Assembly (NCBI GenBank): GCA_943357275.1
Contig: CALRGL010000001.1
Span: 1-49,835, forward strand
DNA length: 49,835 bases
Reading direction: 5' to 3'
Origin: Candidatus Uhrbacteria bacterium RIFOXYB12_FULL_58_10
GTDB taxonomy: Bacteria; Patescibacteriota; Patescibacteriia; UBA9934; GWF2-40-263
Part shown: positions 33,950 to 46,482 of the stretch, in pieces
How the letters are laid out: the number at the start of each line of letters is the position of its first letter
Numbering within the stretch: the first letter of the stretch is position 1
Position numbers and translations under genes: made by a program
The notes under the pieces: model-generated
Told to the model about the DNA's origin: nothing
Database searches by the model: none
The model's input: the letters and a program-made list of their open reading frames with translations, nothing else

Positions 33950-34495
33950 TTAGTTGATAAATAAGTGAATCAACTCATGATCAATAGCATTGAAATCCGT
34001 TGTATCAATCACAAGTGTTTTTCCCTTTATTGGATGCGGAATATACGTTCGATTGAAAAAACGGCTTGTGAAAGACCCAATGACATCTTCTCTTGTATCG
34101 CAATGACCCGGGTGTCGATTATGGTGGGCACGATCAATAAATCGTTCACGAGAAACAAGCGGATTTGCTGTCATCCAGATCTGATAAAGCGAAGCTTGAT
34201 AGGTTTCTGCTACTTGATGCAACCAATCTTTATCATGAGGCCAAAGAAACGTAGCTTCTGCAATCACATCTTCTCCTCGCGAGAGATGAAGTTCAACTAA
34301 TTTTTGAAACGTCGGCCAAGCGATCATTCCAACTTGTCGTGACCATTCACGGTCATGATATCCAGCAAGATCAAAGATTGCTTCCTTTAAATCATCCATG
34401 GAAACGCGTTTTATTCCTGTTTCTCGCTCCAGATATCTTGCCATGGTCGATTTACCCGTTGCAGGAACACCACCGATAAAAATCAATCTTGGCAT
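33950..34495 (-). CDS. P-loop kinase/ATPase (AAA_33 / zeta-toxin-like fold)
   Basis: Walker A: IGGVPATGKST. 181 aa. Confidence 0.6.
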   Translation of the reverse strand: MPRLIFIGGVPATGKSTMARYLERETGIKRVSMDDLKEAIFDLAGYHDREWSRQVGMIAWPTFQKLVELHLSRGEDVIAEATFLWPHDKDWLHQVAETYQASLYQIWMTANPLVSRERFIDRAHHNRHPGHCDTREDVIGSFTSRFFNRTYIPHPIKGKTLVIDTTDFNAIDHELIHLFIN

Positions 34496-35262
34496 AAGGA
34501 ATCATCGATCATCAAATTACGTTTTTTGAGCAATTCCTCGGCAATTTCACGTTCTTCTGGTGTATTGATTCCAACAGCTTCTTCAGGAGCAATGTTCATG
34601 GAGGCAATTTTGTGTCCCTGTTTTACCGCAAGAGCAATCAAATCCGTTAGATAATACTCATGATTCGCATTTTCATTTTGGATTTGCTTGATATGCTCCC
34701 AAAGCCAAGCGGTATTAAAACAATACAAAGCAGGATTCACCTCTCGAATTTCTCGATCCTCTTCTAAAGCATCTTTATATTCTTTGATTCCAACGATATT
34801 TCCTTCTTGATCACGAAGAATACGACCCCAATGCAGATAAGTTTTCCGCCAATCTTCAAAGGAAGGCACAGTTGTGGTCATTATCGTGACAACTTCACCT
34901 GCACGTTTATGCAGTTCTGATAGTCGACGCAACGTTCGGTAGGATACAAACGGATGATCTCCATACAACACGATGAGTGTATCTGCATCACCAACAGCGT
35001 CTCGTGCGCAAGAAACAGCATGTCCTGTACCAAGTTGTTCATACTGAACTGCGTAATCACTCACACCTTCAAAAACATCACACAAAGGAGGCTGATCCGG
35101 ACCAATCACAACAATCGGTTTGTCTGTGATCCCAGATTCTTGAATCGATTCGTATAAATGCTGAAGAATCGGTTTTCCTCCAATCGGCGTTAAAGCCTTT
35201 GGGATTTCTGATTTCATTCGAGTTCCTTTTCCCGCAGCTAAGATAGCAATTTTGAATTTCAT
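34483..35262 (-). CDS. Sugar-phosphate nucleotidyltransferase (GlmU N-terminal-domain-like)
   Basis: ILAAGKGTRMKSEIPKALTPIGGKPILQH...LYGDHP. It lacks a left-handed beta-helix acetyltransferase domain. Confidence 0.75.
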   Translation of the reverse strand: MKFKIAILAAGKGTRMKSEIPKALTPIGGKPILQHLYESIQESGITDKPIVVIGPDQPPLCDVFEGVSDYAVQYEQLGTGHAVSCARDAVGDADTLIVLYGDHPFVSYRTLRRLSELHKRAGEVVTIMTTTVPSFEDWRKTYLHWGRILRDQEGNIVGIKEYKDALEEDREIREVNPALYCFNTAWLWEHIKQIQNENANHEYYLTDLIALAVKQGHKIASMNIAPEEAVGINTPEEREIAEELLKKRNLMIDDSLCQD

Positions 35263-35325
35263 ATAAAAGAAAATAGCCCCTGCATAATAACAAGAGGGCT
35301 ATGAAATACAAGCACAAGAAAAACA

Positions 35326-35439
35326 CTAACCGATAGCAAAATAATACCCGACCAATACACCGACCAAAAGACCAAATGAAAAAATGAAAACATTCTTAAG
35401 AAGCCGACACGTGTAACATGATTTCTTTTCCTCACTCAT
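35326..35439 (-). CDS. Possible 37-aa membrane peptide (doubtful)
   Basis: Own translation: MSEEKKSCYTCRLLKNVFIFSFGLLVGVLVGYYFAIG. No SD. It lies between the 5S gene and a terminator hairpin (35272-35301). Confidence 0.2.
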   Translation of the reverse strand: MSEEKKSCYTCRLLKNVFIFSFGLLVGVLVGYYFAIG

Positions 35440-35478
35440 AGTGAAATCAGTTTAACACAAATAAAAAAAATTCTTTGT

Positions 35479-35587
35479 CCTGGCGCCTGCTTACTCTCGC
35501 GCAAACGCACTACCATCAGCCTTGTAGAGCTTAACGACCGTGTTCGAGATGGGAACGGGTGTGACCTCTACATAAATAGCACCAAGA
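35479..35587 (-). rRNA. rrf: 5S rRNA
   Basis: The reverse complement reads CTTGGTGC...CCCGTTCCCATCTCGAACACGG...GATGGTAGTGCG...GCGCCAGG, with terminal helix CTTGGTGC/GCGCCAGG. Confidence 0.85.
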
Positions 35588-35784
35588 CAAAGAATTCTTT
35601 GTATTGAACAGTCTAACATCTCCAACAGGAGAAACATAACGTACGTATTTGATTCAAAATTGCGCAAGATGCGCCGGGCTGGAGGGCAAAAATGACCGAC
35701 CGCTAGGTTACCCTAGCGCGAGGTTATTTTTGACCGAAGCCCAAGCAGATTGCCAATTTTGTATCAAATACAGTAGTGGTTGTG

Positions 35785-38845
<3,061 letters not shown>

Positions 38846-39290
38846 ACAACCGCTACTGAATTTGATCATAGTAGCGTTGTGCTTCTCGTTTATTTGTCTT
38901 TGATATTAGACTTATTCAATTGTAAAGATCTTTGTTCTGTTTCCTTCGCTGTACTCGCGTAGATCTCGGAACCAGAGTTTCATTGCTTTGCAACGCGTCT
39001 CTGTGCCCGAGGACTAAAAAATCGCCTTATCGGCGATCCAAAAATAACTGCTTTGGATCGCTACTTATGTATGTGGTTGGCTAACACTATTCATAGGTTC
39101 GTACTCCGTAAGCCGTTACCTCTCTCCATCCCTCAGCACACTAGCAAATGGGTTATTTTTTGCAAGTGCTTCTTTCAGAAGTTTCCTGGGACAAAGAGGC
39201 AAAGACGTTTTAATGTGTTCTCAAAAGTCAGGGCAAGTTTAGGATAGATCAGAAACCCTGTCAAGGGTTCTATCCAGATGTTTTCCACAG

Positions 39291-39899
39291 CTAGATTGGT
39301 GAGGGGATATCTTTGTAATCGTCGGATAGTGCCATCCCTGGTGCAAACTCAAAGGGTGAACCCGCAATTTTCTTTATAATATCAACTAAAACGGGATATT
39401 GTTCATTCATATAGTGTCCATCCCCATCCGTTTCAATAAGTCGTGCTTTGAGTGTTTCGGCGAGTCTCTCCCCATGTTCAAAGGGGACAAGTTGGTCATC
39501 TTTTGAATGCACCACGACGAACTCGCGTGCCTTCCACATCAAAACATCCGCATCAAGTTCAGCAATAAACAGACGACGCAACTCTGGTTTGGATACTTTC
39601 CATGGTGCAGCTACCAAAATAACAGCTCGTGGAGTCTCAGTCATTTCTATTGCTTCAAGATATTGAAGGATAATAAACCCGCCAAGGGAATGTCCAAGCA
39701 GAATATCGTCATTTTTAAGATATCCAACCTGTGTTTTCATCTCTTCAATGATCAAATTCAAATCAATCTCTTCTGTTGTAGAAAGAGAAAGCTTCGGAAC
39801 AACGACTTGAAATCCTGAGTCGCGTAGTTGATCCGCAAGCCAAGGATGAAAATTCATCGAAGGATTTGAATTGAAACCGTGTACAAGAATCACTCGCAT
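39291..39899 (-). CDS. Alpha/beta hydrolase (YdeN/RBBP9-like serine hydrolase)
   Basis: MRVILVHGFNSNPSMNFHPWL...LLGHSLGG is the nucleophile elbow. Start moved to ATG 39899. Confidence 0.7.
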   Translation of the reverse strand: MRVILVHGFNSNPSMNFHPWLADQLRDSGFQVVVPKLSLSTTEEIDLNLIIEEMKTQVGYLKNDDILLGHSLGGFIILQYLEAIEMTETPRAVILVAAPWKVSKPELRRLFIAELDADVLMWKAREFVVVHSKDDQLVPFEHGERLAETLKARLIETDGDGHYMNEQYPVLVDIIKKIAGSPFEFAPGMALSDDYKDIPSPI

Positions 39900-39954
39900 A
39901 GTAGAAAAAAGAGTATCCCACAAACCCCATCTTGTCGAGAGAATACGAAATATG

Positions 39955-39995
39955 AACCGGAATAAATTGGTAGACACGTACAACCTTAGATTGTA
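39955..39995 (+). other. Degenerate tRNA-Leu-like fragment (D-loop plus anticodon-arm-like hairpin)
   Basis: AAATTGGTAGAC is a typical tRNA-Leu D-loop. It is followed by TACAA-CCTTAGA-TTGTA. There is no acceptor or T-arm and the D-stem does not pair. Confidence 0.3.
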
Positions 39996-40005
39996 AAATC
40001 AAACT

Positions 40006-40728
40006 ATGAACAGACAAAATAAAATCGATACCAACTGGTCAGGTACGCTTGCTTATCTGGTGGGTGTTATTGCAACTGATGGAAATTTATCTCCAGATGG
40101 AAGACATATTAACATCACTTCAAAAGACACTGACTGGCTTACTAATATTCGAGATACTTTTAAATTGACTTGCAAAATAGGTAAAAAAGCTAGGGAACGC
40201 CTTGGTGAAAAGAAATACGCAGTTCTCCAGATTGGAGACAAGCGGTTTTATAACTTTTTACTCAATATTGGATTAACCACGAATAAATCTTTATCTATTG
40301 CGGAACTAAACGTTCCAAAACTATACTTTAATCATTTCTTAAGAGGATGTTTCGATGGTGATGGTTCAGTTACAAGTTCCGCCCATCCACTAAGTAAACA
40401 TCAACAACTAAGAATTCGACTTTACTCAGCAAGCTCTCTTTTTCTTTCTTGGATTCAAAAGGAAATATCAGAACAATGCGGCACAAAAGGCAGGTGGATC
40501 ATTTCAGATAAACGCCGTTCGGTTAAAGCTTTATCATACGGAAAAGCTGATTCGATAATCGTCCTTGATTTTATTTATCAAAAGAGTAGTTTATGTCTTG
40601 AAAGAAAATTCGTCATAGCAAAATCATTTATTGGGCAAGTGGCGAAATTGGTATCCGCGCCAGCCTTAGGAGCTGGTATCGCAAGATGTGAGGGTTCGAG
40701 TCCCTCCTTGCCCACCAAAAATACCTAG
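40006..40728 (+). CDS. LAGLIDADG homing endonuclease (double-motif), free-standing
   Basis: Motifs LAYLVGVIATDGNL and FLRGCFDGDGSV. The ORF has no stop before the tRNA-Leu gene and reads through it to a TAG at 40726. Confidence 0.8.
   Translation: MNRQNKIDTNWSGTLAYLVGVIATDGNLSPDGRHINITSKDTDWLTNIRDTFKLTCKIGKKARERLGEKKYAVLQIGDKRFYNFLLNIGLTTNKSLSIAELNVPKLYFNHFLRGCFDGDGSVTSSAHPLSKHQQLRIRLYSASSLFLSWIQKEISEQCGTKGRWIISDKRRSVKALSYGKADSIIVLDFIYQKSSLCLERKFVIAKSFIGQVAKLVSAPALGAGIARCEGSSPSLPTKNT
40633..40717 (+). tRNA. tRNA-Leu (anticodon TAG), long variable arm
   Basis: Manual fold: GGGCAAG/CTTGCCC acceptor, anticodon stem CCAGC/GCTGG with loop CTTAGGA, variable arm TATCGCAAGATGT, T-arm GAGGG-TTCGAGT-CCCTC, encoded CCA. 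Confidence 0.9.
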
Positions 40729-40766
40729 AAGCAATTCTAGGTGTTTTTATATGATCATTTACTCGA

Positions 40767-41075
40767 TTACTTCTTACCTACTTTGCGTCGTCGTTCTGAA
40801 TTCCACGGTGTGGGCTGATCCAAGCCTGTTTCGCCGGCTTGAAAGACTTCTTTTTCGATGAAGTCGACCACTTCATCAGGAAGTGATCGCAACTTATCCA
40901 ATTGCGATTCGCAATACTGTTTAAGCGTATCGATTCCTCCAAATTCGAGACCCTTCAGCATGGTCGAATATGGCAACTTAGATGCATCGACTCCAAGACT
41001 CTTTAAGTAATCCTGAAACTTTTGTGCCATTGCGACACCCTCAGGATTCTTAGGAATTTCAAAATGTTTTTCCAT
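40767..41075 (-). CDS. Hypothetical protein
   Basis: 102 aa from ATG 41075 (MEKHFEIPKNPEG...). No family recognised. Confidence 0.45.
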   Translation of the reverse strand: MEKHFEIPKNPEGVAMAQKFQDYLKSLGVDASKLPYSTMLKGLEFGGIDTLKQYCESQLDKLRSLPDEVVDFIEKEVFQAGETGLDQPTPWNSERRRKVGKK

Positions 41076-41131
41076 AGTTATTTGATAGAATAATAAAGTC
41101 AGTATATACCCACCCACTTGAAACTATAGCT

Positions 41132-41923
41132 ATGCAAATTTATTTCCTCGGTCTCTCCTCTTTTCTCATCGAGAATACTCAAGGCTTTCGCATTCTTATC
41201 GACCCATTCAATGATTCTCCGGAATGGTCCCTTGGACCAACATTCCCAAAAGAATTTCAGGGCAAACCGTTTGGTGCGAACCTGGTACTTTCCTCTGAAC
41301 CAGATGCAGATCACTCTTATTCTCCTGGTGACTGGTTACAATTTGCACCTGAAACAAAACCAAACAGCAATCCTTTTCCCAATCTCGATCTTCGAGGAAC
41401 AGTCATCTACGAATGGAATGGCGACCTCAATATCGCGTGGCACTATACCATCGACGGAATTCGACTCGCGCACTTTGCAGATAACGCCCATCTGCTTACT
41501 GATGAACAACTCTCTAAAATCGGCACGCCGGACATCATTTTTATCTCTCCACCAAAAACAGAGAACAAAGAAGCAAACGAAGTTGTTCGACAAAACATTG
41601 CCCGACTCAAACCGAAATGCATTTTTTGGGCGCACCACATCGCTCCCTCAGATCTGCCTGAGACAAGCGACTCGGAAACATTACGGATGTATTTCGCAAA
41701 CTATTTTCGCATGAACGCAAATACAAGCAAACATTATCAAGGAGAAAAAAGTTTCATGGAACTCTGTTATGTCTTTGAACATGCCATTCTTCTAAACCAA
41801 GAATATGGTGGAGTTGAGTTGAATGTGACACAAATCGAAATAAGCCAAACAACACTCAATCAAACAAACAAACCTCATGCTTTTCTCTTTCGTAAAATGG
41901 TTTCGAAATCAACAACTGAATAA
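41132..41923 (+). CDS. MBL-fold metallo-hydrolase (degenerate metal motif)
   Basis: MQIYFLGLSSFLIENTQGFRILIDPF...SEPDADHS resembles the UPF0173/UlaG-like MBL fold. A terminator follows at 41928-41955. Confidence 0.6.
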   Translation: MQIYFLGLSSFLIENTQGFRILIDPFNDSPEWSLGPTFPKEFQGKPFGANLVLSSEPDADHSYSPGDWLQFAPETKPNSNPFPNLDLRGTVIYEWNGDLNIAWHYTIDGIRLAHFADNAHLLTDEQLSKIGTPDIIFISPPKTENKEANEVVRQNIARLKPKCIFWAHHIAPSDLPETSDSETLRMYFANYFRMNANTSKHYQGEKSFMELCYVFEHAILLNQEYGGVELNVTQIEISQTTLNQTNKPHAFLFRKMVSKSTTE

Positions 41924-42094
41924 CCATTCAACTCACCAACATGGTGAGTTTCGTTTTAATCAAAAAAACGCTCTCTGACATCTTCACAGATCTGCAACTT
42001 TCCCGCGAAGAAGGCTGTTCCTTCCGCGAAGCCCTCACTCTGTAATCCACTTCCCACCAAATCATCGGACCGCTGGTGGGTTTTTGTTTAAAAC

Positions 42095-42122
42095 TTGAAA
42101 CTCTGAGCGTCTATGCTATTCT
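42095..42122 (+). promoter_or_regulatory. Sigma70-type promoter (TTGAAA-N16-TATTCT)
   Basis: TTGAAActctgagcgtctatgcTATTCT, upstream of 42150..42584. Confidence 0.45.
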
Positions 42123-42149
42123 TTTCGTGCTCAACCTAAGGAGGTACTT

Positions 42150-42584
42150 GTGCCAAAGACATTTGACGAAGTACGAAAGATTTCCAAAGAATACTGGAAC
42201 AAACTCGATCTGGATCCTGCGTGGAGTCCTTTCGTTGGAAGCGTGGGGATTTTCAAGATCGGAAAGTTTCAGCCAGACGTATCTGACGACCAAAAAGACG
42301 ATTATTGTCTGGTCGTCGGACTACTCAAAGAGCTTCCTCCTGATCTGAATCTGGAAACGGAATTTCAATGCGTGCGCGTTTTCACGCGTGTGATCGGACC
42401 TGCCGTTGCACAGGCTCAGGCTGTTCTTGATCGTATCGATCTTGCAGACGAAGCTACGGCTCAAGGATCCCTCGAAGATCCGATCTCAGAACTTGCGTCC
42501 CAAATCACACCAGAAGAAAAAGCCATCGAAGACGAGGCGTCTCGTCAGCGCATGAAACGAGCTCTTGATCGACTTTCCAAATAG
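42150..42584 (+). CDS. Hypothetical protein
   Basis: 144 aa with a GTG start after AAGGAGG. Confidence 0.5.
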   Translation: MPKTFDEVRKISKEYWNKLDLDPAWSPFVGSVGIFKIGKFQPDVSDDQKDDYCLVVGLLKELPPDLNLETEFQCVRVFTRVIGPAVAQAQAVLDRIDLADEATAQGSLEDPISELASQITPEEKAIEDEASRQRMKRALDRLSK

Positions 42585-42663
42585 CCTGACCCTTCCGATC
42601 AAAACTCCAAGATCACACTTCACTCCTGACTCAAAATCGTTCAGGAGTTTTTATTTAAAATCA

Positions 42664-42691
42664 TTGACAAAATACTACTTTCTGATATCCT
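42664..42691 (+). promoter_or_regulatory. Sigma70-type promoter (TTGACA-N16-TATCCT)
   Basis: TTGACAaaatactactttctgaTATCCT. Confidence 0.45.
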
Positions 42692-42725
42692 TTTCATCTC
42701 CCAATTCTTTGGGAAGGAGGTCAGC

Positions 42726-43703
42726 GTGAGAATCATTCGTTATGCACTCATTGGTTGTGGCGAACATGCACTTCAGTCGCATGTGCTTCCTGGACAACAT
42801 GTCGAAGGTTTGAAGTTGGTTGCTGTGTGCGACCCAAATGCACAAGCACGATATCTGATTCAGCACGCATTGAAAGAAGGAGTTCCGGAACTCACTGAAC
42901 AGGAAGTGATGAAGAATGCCGAAATTGACGCAGTCGTCATTGCTAGTCCTGACCGATTTCATTTTGAAACACTGGAACATGCGATCCGATCAGGAAAACA
43001 TGTCTTGTGTGAAAAACCGATCGTGACAACAATCGACGACGTAACACATCTTCGTGTTGCACTGGATGTTGCGCGATCAAACAATCTCGTTGTAACCAGC
43101 TGTCATCCGCGTCGATTCGATCCGCCCTACGTACTACTGAAAATGGCCCTTCCTGACTTGATCGAAAATCTCGGCTCAATCATCGCGATTGGACTCGACT
43201 TCTCGTATCATCGGCCAAGCGAACGTAAGACCAATCTTCATCATGGACTCCTGATCGATCACGTGAACCATGAACTTGATCTCACGAGCTTTCTCTTGGG
43301 TCGATCAAACACGTGGATGCGACGACTCTCGGATTCACTCACGGACTACGAAGCCTTTGGCATGCGTCGTGATGGAGTAAGTCTGCACTTCATGGGTACA
43401 CGAAAACTCGAGGAACGGATCTACCCCGAGTATGTAACCATTCGTTTTGAACGTGGCCATGCCTTGTTTGAAACCAAATCCGGTGTCGTGACGATTCACA
43501 ATCACGAATCACAGACAAGCATAAACTCGATGCTTGCCCCAACGGATTATCCGGCTCGCTTCCTCGGAATCATGGAGAACTTCGCAGATACCATCTGTGG
43601 CTCAGCGGAAAACTACCTGACCCACGAGGATCTGATCGACAATTCTGAAGTCGGCGTCGCTCTCACTGAAACCGGTGTGTGGGCACCAGACCTTCTCCCC
43701 TAA
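42726..43703 (+). CDS. Gfo/Idh/MocA-family NAD(P)-dependent oxidoreductase
   Basis: MRIIRYALIGCGEHA...IDAVVIASPDRFHFE...GKHVLCEKP. GTG start after GGAAGGAGG. Confidence 0.75.
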   Translation: MRIIRYALIGCGEHALQSHVLPGQHVEGLKLVAVCDPNAQARYLIQHALKEGVPELTEQEVMKNAEIDAVVIASPDRFHFETLEHAIRSGKHVLCEKPIVTTIDDVTHLRVALDVARSNNLVVTSCHPRRFDPPYVLLKMALPDLIENLGSIIAIGLDFSYHRPSERKTNLHHGLLIDHVNHELDLTSFLLGRSNTWMRRLSDSLTDYEAFGMRRDGVSLHFMGTRKLEERIYPEYVTIRFERGHALFETKSGVVTIHNHESQTSINSMLAPTDYPARFLGIMENFADTICGSAENYLTHEDLIDNSEVGVALTETGVWAPDLLP

Positions 43704-43904
43704 GCTCCCAAATGGGTGCTTTTTTCTTTCCTTATCCCCATGAGTCATCTTGACATCATCTCTTTTCCATGGTTCCATACAAGTACACGAGAAAAGAAAT
43801 CCCACACGTTACTGACGTGCGGGATTTCTTTTTTTCTTTGTTCGCGACTTTGAAAAACAAAACCCGCATGAGCGCAACTTTAGTCACCCTAATGTTTGCA
43901 CCCT

Positions 43905-46151
43905 ATGTCTTACATGCCTCGCTTTGCAGGAATGCTTGTGACTGGTCTCTTACTTACTTCTGGACTCACTGCCCACGCCGCAGACCCATCGACCTTACAA
44001 CCATTCAAATATATTCACACAAAGATAACAGAGACAACAGAACTTGTCGGACTCTCTGATCAATCGTTTACTGATCTTCTTACTCAACTCAATCAAACGT
44101 ATGGAACCAGCAATGCCTCTTTCACAACTTGGATCACTGAGCCATCAAATTCCGCAGACTCAGGACTCAGTAGTCTTCTCCTCTCTCATGATGATTCCCA
44201 ATCGAATCCTCCAACAGATGAACCGCAACCAGCAGACGTTGTCCCTGCAGGAACTGATCGAGCTGGAGAACTTTCTGGAGGAGTCGTCGATGTCGGAACT
44301 GGAGGAGGAGATGTATTAAGCGAACCTGAACCAGCTGTCGAACCACCGACTGTTTCGTCAGCAACGACACTTCGTCTTTCTGAACTTTATCCAAACACAA
44401 ACAACGATCTCACAGATGAATTTATCGAAGTGCAAAACATTGGAGACGAACCTGTCTCACTCAAAGGATGGACGTTTCAAGACGCATCAGGAAAACAATT
44501 TATTGTAAGTGAAGATGTGATTATAGAACCTGGTGCGTATTCGGTCGTTGATCGTGCACAAAGCAAAATCGCCCTCAACAACGACACAGAAACCGTTCGT
44601 CTTTCAAGCCCTAATGGATCTGTGATTGATGAAGTTGCTTATGACGCGTCTACAAAAGGATCGACACTTTCAAGAATCAATAGCGAGTGGATTTGGACGG
44701 TTAATCAAACACCAAGCGCAGTAAACACAAAACCTGTTGAAGTAGCACCGATCGTGGAAGTTGTTCCTGTTACACCAACTGTTACTCCTGTCTCAGCTGT
44801 CACCCCTGTTGTTACACCCGTGATTTCTCAACCCGTTATTCCATCTGTACCAACACTAGAACCAGTGAATCCAATTGTTGTTCAACCGATTGAACCTGAA
44901 CTAGCACTACCACTTATAAAGACACTTCGTATTTCAGAAATCTTTCCAAACACGCTTGGCGACGATCTCACGGATGAATTTATTGAAATCGAAAATACAG
45001 GAACAGAATCAGCTTCACTTCAAGGCTGGACACTCGCTGACGCCTCTGGAAAAAAATTTACATTTGTTGATTCAGTTGTGATCGAACCTTCTCATTTTTT
45101 TACCGCGTATCATCCACTGACAAAACTCTCACTCAATAACGATGTTGATTCTGTTGTTCTCTCAACTCCGGGCGGTGAAGTGATTGATCAAGTCTCGTAT
45201 TCAAAAACAATCGATGGATCTTCTCTCTCGTTTGTAAACGGAACAAGTGTTTGGACAAATCCGACTCCTGGAACAGGAAGTGTACTCGTCGAACCTGTTA
45301 TCGAACCACCCATTCTTCTTGTATCGAATCCGGTTGTCGTAGCCGAATCTCCACAAAGTATTTCTGATCCAGTTATTACAGAGACAAATTCTTCTTCTCA
45401 GTCAACAAACAATGTTTCGATCAACAACGCACCTGACGGAGCCCTTGTAAACATTGAAGGACAAGTTCTCGTTGCACCAGGCATCCTTGGCAAACAAATT
45501 TTTTATGTGAACACAAACGGACAAGGCGTTCAGATTTATAAAAACGATGCTGTGTTCCCTCTTTTGCAAGAAGGACAATCTGTTCGTGTGAACGGTGAGA
45601 TGAGTACGTCACGTGACGAACGTCGAATCAAAATTACGGCCACAGGAAGTTTGGAACCACTTGAAACTGTTACACCACTTCAAGCAACAACTGTTTCACT
45701 TCCAACGATCAGTGCAACACTCCACGGACAATTTATTTCAACACAAGGAATGATCGTAAGTCGATCTGCAACAGAGATTCTTCTTGAAGATCAAGGGACA
45801 CAACTCATTGTTGGAATCAGTGATTACGCAAACATCGACACAACGATTTTTAACAAAGGCGATCTTCTTTCTGTGCAAGGAATTATTGTAAACCAAACAG
45901 GATCACTCAAACTTAAACCTCGATCTCAAAGCGACCTTGAAGTGATCATGCTTGAGTCGCCCGTTGTAACAGCAACAACCATTTCAGGAAAAGACCAGGC
46001 AAAAGCTGACCAACAAACACAGGCTCTTGCGATTGGCCTTGGAACAGGTGTTGTCTTACTTGCCTTTGCATTGCGTAAATACCATCCAAAATTCAACACG
46101 TCGTATGTCGCAAAACACACTCTCCCTATCTCAGCTCAAACTGTTCGTTGA
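43905..46151 (+). CDS. Secreted, C-terminally membrane-anchored protein with two lamin-tail (LTD) domains
   Basis: Signal peptide. Two copies of L(R)xSE(L/I)xPNT...DLTDEFIExxNxG...SLxGWTxxDASGKxF. Pro/Val/Thr linkers and a C-terminal TM segment (ALAIGLGTGVVLLAFAL). Confidence 0.7.
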   Translation: MSYMPRFAGMLVTGLLLTSGLTAHAADPSTLQPFKYIHTKITETTELVGLSDQSFTDLLTQLNQTYGTSNASFTTWITEPSNSADSGLSSLLLSHDDSQSNPPTDEPQPADVVPAGTDRAGELSGGVVDVGTGGGDVLSEPEPAVEPPTVSSATTLRLSELYPNTNNDLTDEFIEVQNIGDEPVSLKGWTFQDASGKQFIVSEDVIIEPGAYSVVDRAQSKIALNNDTETVRLSSPNGSVIDEVAYDASTKGSTLSRINSEWIWTVNQTPSAVNTKPVEVAPIVEVVPVTPTVTPVSAVTPVVTPVISQPVIPSVPTLEPVNPIVVQPIEPELALPLIKTLRISEIFPNTLGDDLTDEFIEIENTGTESASLQGWTLADASGKKFTFVDSVVIEPSHFFTAYHPLTKLSLNNDVDSVVLSTPGGEVIDQVSYSKTIDGSSLSFVNGTSVWTNPTPGTGSVLVEPVIEPPILLVSNPVVVAESPQSISDPVITETNSSSQSTNNVSINNAPDGALVNIEGQVLVAPGILGKQIFYVNTNGQGVQIYKNDAVFPLLQEGQSVRVNGEMSTSRDERRIKITATGSLEPLETVTPLQATTVSLPTISATLHGQFISTQGMIVSRSATEILLEDQGTQLIVGISDYANIDTTIFNKGDLLSVQGIIVNQTGSLKLKPRSQSDLEVIMLESPVVTATTISGKDQAKADQQTQALAIGLGTGVVLLAFALRKYHPKFNTSYVAKHTLPISAQTVR

Positions 46152-46237
46152 ACGCAAAGCGTTCGCCCACGGAGTCTCGCCTGTGGTGAGTACGATCCTT
46201 GGCGAATACGTTGTCGATATTCTTAAAACACAACCCT

Positions 46238-46468
46238 ATGTCCACTCAACCAAAAGTAAACAACTGGTATAGAGAACTTGTTAGTCGCGTAAATACCCTT
46301 TCTGAAACGTTCGGGCTCGACGACTTACAAACCTCAGATCTTAGAAATTTCGTTATGACCATTGCTCAAAGTCAATTCAAAGTAGGAAGTAAATCAGGCG
46401 CCGCATGGGCGTTTAAACAGAAAAAAGAAGGTTCTTCCAACAGTCCACAAGCTGGAGCAACGGCGTGA
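46238..46468 (+). CDS. Small hypothetical protein
   Basis: 76 aa from ATG 46238 (MSTQPKVNNWYRELV...). Confidence 0.4.
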   Translation: MSTQPKVNNWYRELVSRVNTLSETFGLDDLQTSDLRNFVMTIAQSQFKVGSKSGAAWAFKQKKEGSSNSPQAGATA

Positions 46469-46482
46469 TATAATCAAATTGT

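Noticed and set aside
39900-39983. N-terminal 28-aa extension of the hydrolase ORF
   Set aside because: MRVILVHGF... is the canonical start of this alpha/beta-hydrolase family. The extension would overlap the tRNA-like fragment and the endonuclease promoter region.
40006-40632. Group I intron in tRNA-Leu, or an rRNA intron hosting the LAGLIDADG ORF
   Set aside because: The downstream tRNA-Leu is contiguous and complete. The ORF lies outside the 23S gene and on the opposite strand. I could not identify P3-P8 core elements by eye.
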